64,000 nucleotides of DNA from Magallana gigas. Taxonomy: Eukaryota. The stretch covers positions 51,646,001 to 51,710,000 of the forward strand of contig NC_088855.1 in NCBI RefSeq assembly GCF_963853765.1, given 5' to 3'. Below, one piece after another: positions 1 to 10,452 of this stretch. Both the position numbers and the translations under genes were made by a program. The number at the start of each line of letters is the position of its first letter. Position 1 is the first letter of the stretch. The notes under the pieces are model-generated. The model was given only the letters and a program-made list of their open reading frames with translations, was not told the origin of the DNA and did no database searches.

Positions 1-3000
1 TCTGTTTCCGTAATTTTGGGACAGCTGGTAAGTTACAATTACATGCATGAAATCAAGTTGATTAATTATGTGTTTACAACTCCTTAAAATCTATTTTCGC
101 AGTATTAATTTTGGTATGGTATATAAATGGTCTGCCCATAACAAATTTAAAGGAATACGGCATTTGCCATCTTTGGTGTTAAAGAGACTTGCAGTATAAT
201 CCTGATAAACACTTATGAAATTTAAGGACTTCATGTATTTCGAGAATATCCTTCCCTTGATTTACGCAATTATTATCACAATCTATATCGTTAAAGAGCA
301 ATTTATAACAATAAACAAAAGTGTCCTCTTGTAATAAGCGCACGCCCTCTTGTGTTAAGCACACTTATGTAGGTACAACACACTTATGTATGTACAGCAC
401 ACTATGTATGTACGTGACGAGGAAAATGACATCTTGTAAGACTAACTGTTTTCAACGAGACGAAATAAAATAATAATTTTTAACGTAGATTTGTAGTAAA
501 CAAAAAAGAAGTAAGCAAATTTTTTTTATTCATTTATTTTTTGTTTTACCTTTAAGCAAAAACTACTTGTAGTAAGGTAGCAATGACAGATACAAAGATT
601 GTTTCAAGGGTAATGTAACTGTGGTTCGTATTGCATTGTTTTCATTCGATATTTATTTATAATAGATAATAATAGTACTATTACAAAAATTTAAGTAAAT
701 ATTAGGCACATGACCAAATTCGATTTTAGTGTTTTGATCATGTTCATTAACTAGGACGATGGCAATGAGTTTAACAGCCTCGTATAAGCAAACGGTTTAA
801 CTGTGCTTATTAATTCTAAGATCTTTAGTCGCTGTCTGCAACGACTAAAATTATTTTACATCTTCTTTCTATGGAACTAAATGTCTTACATTCATATGCA
901 GCGGCTACGCACCAGGAATTTACTAAAATTTATGAAAATTATTTTTAAGGCGTTGGTAAAAAGCTTTCTATAGAAATGGAGGTTGTGTCACCTCCACAAA
1001 ATACAGTTTATCTAGGTAGTATTACCAATTTAAGTTTAGATAACAATAAACAAGTTAAATACTTTAAAAACTGTGGCATATTTTATTACATCAAATACAT
1101 GAAATAAATTGAAACAAAATAGATTAAAACCAAAAGATAAAAACCATTCCACCTTCTCCCAAAATAACAATAACATTAACAACAACAACAACAACAACAA
1201 CAACCGAGAAGACTTGAAGAATCGATAGCCAGGACACACAATATTATTGTAATAATTGCTAAAACACATCTACATTTTATATATAAGTATCATTTCCGTT
1301 CGATACAATAAATGAATGAGGAGAAATACGAGGATTAAGCTTGCAGAGAAGTAAAATTTTTCAGCAAGTCTGAAGGGCAAAGTGAATATTGTACTTATTA
1401 ATAATTGTACTAATTGATCGACCAGTTACAGTTGTTTTTCATGATTTAATGAATGAATAACGCGCATTTATAACGTTGAGTCTCTTTAAGCAAGGTTTAA
1501 AAAATCTCTGTTTAGTTTGATTACGTCTGCTGGAGTTTCACTGACTTTCATCGGCCATTTGAAGCAGTTTGGAAATTACCAGTGAGGAAAAGAACTAAAT
1601 TTTATGTTTATTCACATGAAAAACACCAGTTTTGGGTAAATATAGAGTTTATTGATTTCTAGAATCGTTCAAATAAGCGAACCATAAAAGAGTTCTAAAT
1701 TTGTTATTAATATTAAAATTTTGATCATATGTCTGAAAGGTTTATAACAAATAATAGTATTTATGATAAATACCAAATAAAAAAATCATAAATGTACTGA
1801 TAAAAAATATGCTTATAAATTGATAATAGGGCTGGACGGTCCAGGCAATTGTTAGATTTTCTGATGAAAAAGTAATAAATTGAGATCTGAAAAATATTCA
1901 AACTTTACACCATTATAGCTTATAATTTTAAAAAATCAATTTGTAAATTTTAAGGTAGATCTGATGAGCTATTTGTTGGTAATCTAGCCCTCTTAAATAC
2001 ACCTAACTTCATTAAATTTTAATCAGTACTATATATTTTCAGACAACAAGCATGGAGAAAATTGAAAAAGCCTGTACAAGTCTAAACAGCTGTGAGAAAT
2101 GCAGTTCGTTCAATATAACAACACAGTCTGTCATAGAGGAAGAAAGTCTGCAGATTAATGATAACTGTACTAAATATCTTAATTCTTCTTTTGATCCGAT
2201 AACAAAAGTTTACCTCGATGAAAACACAATTTCTTTTAACCAGACTCGCTGTTGCCTGGGTAACCGCATATTATTATACAATAAAGGTAAATGTTGCAGC
2301 AAAATAAATTTGATTTTGAATGTTAACAGTGAAATCTTCTCTTTTATATTGTTAACGCCCTGCCAAGGGAAAAGTTCATTGGAAGTAATACTAGACACAG
2401 TAATTATTGATGAAGGTTGTGGTAACTTCAGTTGAATTTTATAATGAACTTCAGACTTTTATGAAAAACTAAAATCTAACATATTTTTACTTAAATCTTT
2501 GATTAGCAGAGAAAATCAATTATATAAATAAGGCATTAAAATCAACTATGATTTCACTATATAGACCTTACGACCGAGAGAAACATCTTGGACCTCTCTA
2601 CATTTTCACCTAAAGATACTACCGCAAACTATGAAACATTTTTTCTGGATTCGAGGCCTTTTAAAACCTTAACAATCAGCTTGTTAACAATGGCACTGGT
2701 TGGAACGCTCCTCATGTGTGTATTGATAGTGGTTTGCTGTTGTAAACGGTAGGTGTTTTTGTGTAAGTAACGCACTATACCTATTAAAATCACACGGCAG
2801 ATTTATTGAATAATAAACTTTTGATGAATATTTTTTTTAAAATAATTTGTTTGTTTTAGGCAATCAAAGATTAAACAGAGAACACCAAGCCCTTCTAAAT
2901 TTACTGCAAATGGAACACACAACGTATGCTGAAGTTTTTCTTTTGGTTATCTTTTGGCATTAAATCTGTTATTTAGACTAGCAGGGTGATTTTAAAAGCC

Positions 3001-3597
3001 ATGTACTCTACGGAAATCTCACAACTACTCAATATGTAATTTGTACACAGATCTTTGCTTTTGAGCTTACTTTTCCTTAAGTCAAAAGTTAACATAAATA
3101 TGCTTGTCTATAAAAATAGTCTAAATTTGATCGATTAATTGACTAGTAGATTGAATGAGACGATAATTGATACTTTGATTAAAGAGAACATGTACATTCC
3201 CAATGAGTGATATTAAGATATGAAAAGATAAAATTGACCATTTGAGCTTTATTTTGTTGTGATATCGATTTATCAAATGTTGTAAAATCTGCAGGAGGAA
3301 GTTGCTGAATACTCAACTGTAGAGGAATCGGCCATTCTAATGGAGTCCTTGACTCAGCACAGAACTCTACCAAAGATGGAGGAAACACCTTCTGACAATT
3401 ATTTTATTCTTGAACCAAATAAAAGATTATCAACCACCTCCGTGGCTACAATGTCAATAGAACTGAAAGAATGTGAAACTGATGAAGATGTCTACAATAC
3501 ATTACATGAAAGAAGATCCAAGGAAATGGAGGAGAATGCATACAGCCATTTTGTGGATTGTAATGACAGTGTTTACTGCAGTACGATTAACCAATGA
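1..3597 (+). CDS. Locus A1: five-exon type-I membrane protein (signal-peptide end, 6-Cys ectodomain, Ser/Thr stalk, TM, Tyr-motif tail); 5'-partial, about 273 aa in window
   Basis: Exons 1-27 (SVSVILGQL, donor GTAAGT), 2043-2286 (TTSMEKIEKACTSLNSCEKC...TRCCLGNRILLYNK), 2565-2748 (stalk plus TM TISLLTMALVGTLLMCVLIVVCCCKR), 2860-2923 and 3295-3597 (AEYSTV, DNYFIL, DVYNTL, NAYSHF). All introns are GT-AG with compatible phases 0,1,2,0 and the spliced 822 nt is open to the stop. Confidence 0.85.
1178..1204. repeat. (AAC)n microsatellite
   Basis: aacaacaacaac run read directly. Confidence 0.85.
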
Positions 3598-4049
3598 ATA
3601 TCCAGAACAATCAAGCAGATGATTCATTATCATGTTTCATCGCTATTGGATGACATTTTATGTTTTTAAAAGGTAGAAGTAAACATATTTAGAATGAGGA
3701 AGAATAAAAACAAGACAAACCTTTACAAATCTCAATGCTTTCAAGACGGAAGTGTGTAAGTTTGTGTCAACTAGACGAGTATTTGAAAAGATAAGGAAGC
3801 AAAAATGTGTAATTTAAGATGATATGTTTAAAGGTATTTCCGATATGTACTTCACTGTGCGTTTTTTTTCCAAGATAACACGTTCATTTCATTACATGAG
3901 ATTAGACACTCGCGATGTTTTTGTTTAGATAATATCAGCATCAAGACAAATTGAATGTGACAAACATTAAACTGTGTCAACTTGTGTTCCTTGCAAACTG
4001 GCTAAAATCTGTTTGCAACAGATCTTTTACTAGTATATTTAACCATTGT

Positions 4050-4235
4050 TAACAAAAGACACGAGCCTTGTTTACATATAACAAAAAAATTTGAGCTGTT
4101 CTGTAAATCGCTTATAACTCGATAACTGATATTCAAATGCTGATTTGAATATTAAAGATACCCTGTTAGAACAATGTTAACATTAAAACTGGAAAAATAA
4201 AAATGTTAACTCAAATCATGATCATCTTCCTTAGT
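4050..4235 (+). mobile_element. Degenerate partial copy of the TTAA-flanked MITE at 46659-47162
   Basis: Shares cacgagccttgtttaca...gcttataactc...aaatc(a/g)tga(t/c)cat with 46990-47160. Confidence 0.6.
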
Positions 4236-5084
4236 GCTTTACAATAAAATATTAAATAAAAATATAAAAAAAGTAGACAAATTTTGATTTTAGTGTTTGT
4301 TATGTGATCAAATCGATGAGGCAATTATGTATTTTATTTTTACTCTATATGTTTCAGGAAACATTATGTTCATATATGTGGAAGAAAAGTTAAATTTATC
4401 TTATTATGAAAAGCATTCGTTTCCTTTAATTTATTAATTACTAAGATATTATTTGTCATGATGTTACTTCACCATCCTGCATTCTGTTAAACATAGTACT
4501 GGCCACATTGATGCAGTTTTACATAGAAATAATTGTTGGCTTTTTATTGTATTTCTATAACAATTATTTCAATATTTATGACGCAGATTATGCACATTAG
4601 AATACAACAAAAGTAAGCATGCTATATATGGTTGTTTAAATAATTTATTGTAGAAGAAAATGGTACTAAACACTTTTGCATTGCATTTCGTATAAAAGCA
4701 AAAACGACTGCAACACACGAGAGGGGGTGGGTTACCTCATTCGGAGTTAGATACCTTGTGTTATTATTATACTATAGGGTATATTTTTTTCTCAGAAACA
4801 AGTGCCTGTGAATTATCCTATTTGTGTTGCTCTATCAGGATATGGCAGCATAGTCGTTTGAAACTACTACATAATTTAGAGCAAATAATAATGCTAATGT
4901 ACAACTTGTATCAATTACATATAACATGCACGATCATGCTGGGAAATAATTTTAAAACCATATTCCACCTTCCAGTGTATCCCTTTGGCATTGGGTAACG
5001 TAACATTTTTGTCTTCAAGTTTAGCAATTCAATTCAATTTAATAATTATAAAATACCAAAGGGAGGTCACTATTACTTTGATAC

Positions 5085-5740
5085 GAGTAACTGAAGATGT
5101 GGCATGTTTGCAAAGTAATATTACATACTATAGTATTATTTCTTCAAAGAAATATTTTTATACGAATAACTGAAGATATGTGCATGTTTGCAAAGTAATA
5201 TTACATATTATATCATTATTTCCTCAAAGAAAGATTTTTTAAAAACATTTTTCCTATTTATTTCTAGGTTGAGTTTTAAACCCCTCTCTGGACCCCAGTA
5301 CTGACCCAAAGGTCACGGCTTGAACAATATGTAATTTACACTATCTGCGAATATTTGCATAGTAATACCACAAATTGTAGCATTATGAATCTTGAGAAGA
5401 AGAACATTTAACGTTTCTTATACATTTCTCTAGTGAACAATGAACCCTTCCAGGAGCTTCGGTATTGACTGGAGGAGAATCTCAGTTTAAACAATTTAGA
5501 ATCTACACTAATTGAAGATAATTGCAGAGTAATACAAAAATTAGTATTGGTGTTCTTGAGAAGAAGATTTTAAAACATTTTTCTTTATAATATTATTTTG
5601 AACTTTGGACCCATCCTATGTCCCAAATATTGATTCGGATTACAGTTTGAATTTAGACTTTTCACCATACAAAAAGTTGATGTTAATAATGGCATTTCTG
5701 GTTCAGTGGGTCTTGAGAAGAAGATTTTCAAAGACACACA
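5085..5740. repeat. Degenerate ~160-170 bp tandem satellite-like array (Cg170/Helentron-core type), preceded by a ~77 bp tandem duplication
   Basis: Units begin with (tc)ttgagaagaaga(tttt) at about 5396, 5558 and 5716, with a related start near 5227. The duplicated block taactgaagat..gcatgtttgcaaagtaatattacata lies at about 5088 and 5165. The family assignment is from recall of oyster repeats. Confidence 0.6.
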
Positions 5741-6120
5741 CCTTAGTTTGTTGTGGTCGTTACGTACCGCCTATTAGTAGCAGGGCTATATGGTCTGTCC
5801 TAGAGTTTGTCGCTTGCATCATTATCATAGCAACCAAGACATTTAGTCACTGGGACGAATGGGAAATAAAAAAGCCATGGTTACAGTTACTCATGAGCAT
5901 TATAATCAAATACTCCGTTTCTTCCAGACACCCATATAGTGTTGTTGGTTATATGCGGTACCCAATGGGCTTGGTCATAATAACACGAGAGAGCGTAGCT
6001 CCCGAGTTTTAAAATGGCCACGCCCATTAAGTATCTGACATAACATAAGTATCCACAAAGCAAGTTTATCATTCAAACGCGTTCTTATCACGTGATTAGC
6101 TATAGGCTTTTTAAAAGGAA

Positions 6121-6613
6121 TTTACTTCAAATAAACAACAGTATCCTGGGCCTACAAAATTTTATTTTTTGCAATGCTCAATATACAATTTGCAATTAAA
6201 CACAAACAACATACATGTAATACATCATGTACATGTGAAAAAGTAACCTCCCATAATTGCTAAATACAAGGCATGTCTGCAGTAATACAACTGGTGTGGG
6301 TGGGTGGGTTTGCGAAAAATAGCTCAAACTTGCTCTTTGTTGCTCAAAAAAAATTGGCGCACTAAAAAATCGCGCTTTACAAATAACATGTGACATAGCT
6401 GGCTTGCTGCCTAATAATAGAAAAATATGCACGGAAACATTATTTCCGTAAACCTCATTCATTTCTACATGAATTAACATTTTACTTCAAATAAACAGCA
6501 GTATCCTGGGCCTACAAAATTTTATTTTTTGCAATGCTCAATATACAATTTGCAATTAAACACAAACAACATTCATGTAATACATCATGTACATGTGAAA
6601 AAGTAACCTCCCA
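6121..6613 (-). repeat. 3' split-direct-repeat block B1-A2-B2 of the Ngaro element
   Basis: 6121-6253 and 6481-6613 differ at 2 of 133 nt; 6309-6480 matches 10282-10452 apart from one A-run indel. Confidence 0.92.
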
Positions 6614-6653
6614 GACCCAGGGGGAAAATGTTTGAATGAGGGAAGGGGTAAAA

Positions 6654-7751
6654 TCAACTAAAGGCTGAAGGTAGTCTTCTACCAAACTGGTACATATTTG
6701 CAAATTTTTGATCCAAGTTGGACTCCAGGTAGCGTAGATAGGCGTTACTCTTCCAAAAACCCAGTTCTTGGATAAGTTCACCCTGTAAACCTTGCTGGAA
6801 CGCCCACGTGGCACCGCCCCGCCGAAAGGAATGCCCGGTGATGCCCTCTCCAGGTAGGATTTTTCGCAGTCGAGACAAAAACCAGCTGTAAGACAGGGGT
6901 TTGCCATATGTCCGTTGAAGGAGAGGGGATGTGTCTGAAGTCAAAGGATTGGCGAAAAGCAACCGAAATAAGCTACGCAGGGCGCTGGCAGGGCACAGTG
7001 GATGACCGTGCAGATCCGGAAGGGTGACTTGAAGTTGATGCTCATGAAACTGCAAAGTTTTCGTCCAATTCAGGGATAACAAGAAGCCTTTGGCGTGCGG
7101 GCTTATGTTTTGGATACACAAGTCGCGGTCCGGTACACAGATAGGTCCCTGAGATAAGAAGTTTCCAGGGCGCAAAAGTCCAAAAAATGCTATCAGGCAT
7201 GCCGCCCAAAAAGATAAGTCCTCCTTGAGGTCTAAACATAACGCACTCCTAATACGTAAAAGGTGACAAGGCTGGATTGGTGTAGCTGCCTCTTGGGCAT
7301 CCCCAAGTTCACGTTTTGCTCCCTTCAGTGTCTGCTGGATCAACCATACACCATGAATAGGGTCATCAAAGTCATTTGCACAATGTAAATGTTTCACAAT
7401 ATTAAGATAATTCTTAATAGTACTATACTTAAAAGATTTTACATCCACCATATATGCTATGTATAGGATGATCTGCTCCGGTGATGCAGGCACACCAGGT
7501 ACGTTAACCTTTGCACAAAAGTCCAAGTAGCAGGTAAGTTGGGCTTGGTATGTTTTCTTGGTGCTAACAGCCCATCCTTGGCTCTTCAGGCGACTAGCTG
7601 CAGTGTGCAGTGCTTGAAGAAGCCCGGCCCCATCTACAATAGATAAAAGCAGGTGACATGTGTGACACAATAGCCTTAACAGTGAAAGGTACAATGCATG
7701 ACCCATTAAATGGTAACATTTCATATTGCTTAGTAAGCATATTAGGTTCAT
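6654..7751 (-). CDS. Tyrosine recombinase of the Ngaro-type element (ORF intact; true start probably downstream of the first ATG)
   Basis: Catalytic residues in order: R (GLLRPGN), K (WTKT), HxxR (GHSFRRGGAT), W (LGFWKS), Y (AYLRY). N-terminal SAM-like segment YLDFC...FKYSTIKNYL. Overlaps the RNase H frame. Confidence 0.9.
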   Translation of the reverse strand: MNLICLLSNMKCYHLMGHALYLSLLRLLCHTCHLLLSIVDGAGLLQALHTAASRLKSQGWAVSTKKTYQAQLTCYLDFCAKVNVPGVPASPEQIILYIAYMVDVKSFKYSTIKNYLNIVKHLHCANDFDDPIHGVWLIQQTLKGAKRELGDAQEAATPIQPCHLLRIRSALCLDLKEDLSFWAACLIAFFGLLRPGNFLSQGPICVPDRDLCIQNISPHAKGFLLSLNWTKTLQFHEHQLQVTLPDLHGHPLCPASALRSLFRLLFANPLTSDTSPLLQRTYGKPLSYSWFLSRLRKILPGEGITGHSFRRGGATWAFQQGLQGELIQELGFWKSNAYLRYLESNLDQKFANMYQFGRRLPSAFS

Positions 7752-9210
7752 TTAGACGTGAAATGACATCTGCTAGTGTATTCAATTTGCCTTTAACATA
7801 GGCTGCATAGACACTAAAGTTATAAGAAGCTTGAGTCCAAAAGAGGCTCCTAAGCCAGTCCATAATAAATGTATTTTTGCTGGCTCCCTTGTTTATGTTG
7901 GCCCTTGTCGTAGTATTGTCTGTGTACACTATGACCTTTTTGTTGGAGAGCAACGGGGCCCAACGCTGTAATGCAAGGTTTCCTTGGTGTTGATATGTTT
8001 GTCTGCCACCTCAGGTAAGTCCAGTGCCCAGTTCACATAGAAATAATCACCATGGAAGTAGCCGCCTCCTCCTGAGTTGCATGCATCCGTCATTAAGGAA
8101 CGAACAGGACGGGTCTCTAGAAAACGCACTGTTCCATTGAATACAGGTAGAAAAGCTGTCCACCACTCCAGATCCTTACGAAAACAATCCAGAAGAACTT
8201 TATCAGATTGTCTATGTAAGGTATTCTTGGCATTAATCACACGGCGCAGGAAGGTACGACCACCTTGTATCACTTGACAAGCCCAGTTCAGTTTTCCTAT
8301 CAAGGACTCAAGTTGACGTTTGCTTGCACGCTTTTTTGACTGGAATGTCATCAGAAGTTCGTGTAAGGCTTCCAATTTGTTCTGAGGGAGGGAGAGGGTG
8401 AGGGCACAGGTATCTATTCTCACACCAAGAAAAGTAAGCTGCTGGCATGTTCCTTCCACTTTGTTCCAATTGATACAGAACCCTAATTGTCTCAGTGTTT
8501 TGACCAAAACTTGTAATGCAAACATACATTTCTCAAAAGTTTTTTCAATAACTAAGAAATCGTCAATATAAACAATTGCTGTAATCCCATAATGAAGCTT
8601 CACAATTCTACAAACACAACTAGACAATCTCTGAAAAATGCTAGGGCTTTTTGCAGCCCCAAAAGGTAGTTTTGCATCATACAAATATGTAACACTGCTG
8701 TCATTTGTAAATTGCCATTTTAAACCTGTAAATCTATAATTACTAGGGTGAATATTGACAGACCTGTAGGCACTCTGAAGGTCTACTTTAGCTAAAAAAC
8801 AGTTTTTGTGATTAGTTTACAAGCATGAGTTAGGTCCATATATGAACAATAGTTATCAGAAGTATAATCATTGAGACTTTTGCCAATGGGTCGACTTGCG
8901 TCATGAATGAGTCGTACTTTGTTTGGAGACTTGGGGATGGCGCCCAAGGCACTTACAATATTCATAGGTCTATCACATACAACATAATTTCCATGCAAAA
9001 TTTCATAATCAATTTGTGACTCAACTTGATTGCAAAAAACTACAGAAGATTTATAATTGCTACATTCAACATAAGTATCAGTATCTAAATCTTTGTCAAC
9101 AATGTGAAACCCCTCCTTAACGCCCTGCAGGATAAATGGTTTATCAAAGTCATTTTAAGGAATAAGCTTTTCCCAGGCGGAAACCTGCAGGTTGTACGAC
9201 GGAGAGTTGC
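7594..9210 (-). pseudogene. Disrupted RT/RNase H (pol) of the Ngaro-type element
   Basis: RLIHDASRP, KVDLQSAYR (after a frameshift near 8800), LPFGAAKSPSIF, VYIDDFLV; RNase H motifs TDAC, HINTKE, YTDN, NTLADVISR. In-frame TAA at 9155-9157 and a second frameshift near 7975. Confidence 0.9.
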
Positions 9211-10257
9211 CTATCCGTTTTTTGGGTCTGTTGCTGTTTTTCCTGCCAAACCATGCTTAGTTGCCGGATGAGTTGTCCCATAACAAATGTAACAGTTATG
9301 AGCTAGCCTGCAGTCTGGACGCACACAGTTGTCCTGGTTAAAACGACGGCATATTTCACGCCCATTTAATAAGAATGGTCCCTTTCCGCGTTTGTTGGGT
9401 GTTGACGGTATAACAGTAGGCTGATGAACTGGCTTCTCCACTTGCGCTTTGCCCATATGAGAAATAAACTGAGTGGTGGTGTTATCCCTCTTTGGTATAA
9501 GATTGAACTCTCTTAGCTGTGCACATGGGGTATTCCACGTATAAGAATACTTCAACTGGTTTTCACGGTATTCACGATCATACAACAAAACGCTTGGCCA
9601 CATAAAGTTAGCGGCCAGTCTGAAGACGGATTGGGTGTAGCGCACATAATCAAGAGACTGTTTCAGTGTACAAGTACCATCATTGATCATCTCAAATAGA
9701 ATTTGAAGGCTTGCATAACCCCACTGCTCTATAGTTACGTCTCCTAAGGATAGTTTTTTCTCCCCCACGTTCAATTTGACTCCGTTTCCCATATCAATGG
9801 TTTTAGATTCGTCTAACAAGTCCCTAGCTCCAGTCAATACATAATCCTGGATTTTTCTAGCTTTCTTTGAAGCATTTGACGTATGTAAATTACCTTGGAA
9901 TTCCGGTGGAGCGTCAAGGGTCCTCGTATCTGGTGGTGCTGTCGCCGCCGCCGGATGAAGGGTCATGGAGTGCAGATTCCTCGTCTCTGTTTCTATCTGG
10001 GTTTGTCCCTCTATATATCTGCATTCTAGTTTCGTCCTCTGTAGCTTCACCTCCAGCTCTCGGCATTTTGACTCAAGGTCCGCTATTTCATGCGGAGAAA
10101 CTGAACCTGTTTGCACGTGTTGGCCATCCCGCACTATCGACGCTGGCGAAGGTCGTGACGGCGTGGATTCCAAGTCGATGGTTTCGCTTTCCCGTAAAGA
10201 CTTCATAATTTCTGACATCTTTGCGCCTGATTTTGCTCTACGTTCTCTGTCTGTCAT
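9211..10257 (-). CDS. gag-like ORF1 of the Ngaro-type element, 348 aa
   Basis: Coiled-coil N-terminus, WPSVLLYDREYR motif typical of YR-element gag, C-terminal Cys/His finger CRRFNQDNCVRPDCRLAHNCYIC. Confidence 0.82.
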   Translation of the reverse strand: MTDRERRAKSGAKMSEIMKSLRESETIDLESTPSRPSPASIVRDGQHVQTGSVSPHEIADLESKCRELEVKLQRTKLECRYIEGQTQIETETRNLHSMTLHPAAATAPPDTRTLDAPPEFQGNLHTSNASKKARKIQDYVLTGARDLLDESKTIDMGNGVKLNVGEKKLSLGDVTIEQWGYASLQILFEMINDGTCTLKQSLDYVRYTQSVFRLAANFMWPSVLLYDREYRENQLKYSYTWNTPCAQLREFNLIPKRDNTTTQFISHMGKAQVEKPVHQPTVIPSTPNKRGKGPFLLNGREICRRFNQDNCVRPDCRLAHNCYICYGTTHPATKHGLAGKTATDPKNG

Positions 10258-10281
10258 TTCTGCCCAGGAAGTCGATGTGGT

Positions 10282-10452
10282 TTTGCGAAAAATAGCTCAA
10301 ACTTGCTCTTTGTTGCTCAAAAAAAATTGGCGCACTAAAAATCGCGCTTTACAAATAACATGTGACATAGCTGGCTTGCTGCCTAATAATAGAAAAATAT
10401 GCACGGAAACATTATTTCCGTAAACCTCATTCATTTCTACATGAATTAACAT
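10282..10452 (-). repeat. 5' repeat A1 of the Ngaro element
   Basis: Near-identical to 6309-6480. Confidence 0.92.

Larger units (their letters stand above)
6121..10452 (-). mobile_element. Tyrosine-recombinase retrotransposon, Ngaro/PAT-type with split direct repeats (A1-gag-RT/RH-YR-B1-A2-B2)
   Basis: gag, RT, RNase H and YR ORFs are all on the minus strand. Repeat A lies at 10282-10452 and 6309-6480, repeat B at 6481-6613 and 6121-6253. No inverted terminal repeats, no evident TSD and no methyltransferase ORF. Confidence 0.92.

Noticed and set aside
6512-6907. 131 aa minus ORF overlapping the YR end and terminal repeats
   Set aside because: Runs through the non-coding split repeats in an alternative frame; no protein similarity recognised.
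9867-10423. Plus-strand ORFs of 113 and 152 aa
   Set aside because: Antisense shadows of the GC-richer Ngaro gag; no recognisable motifs.
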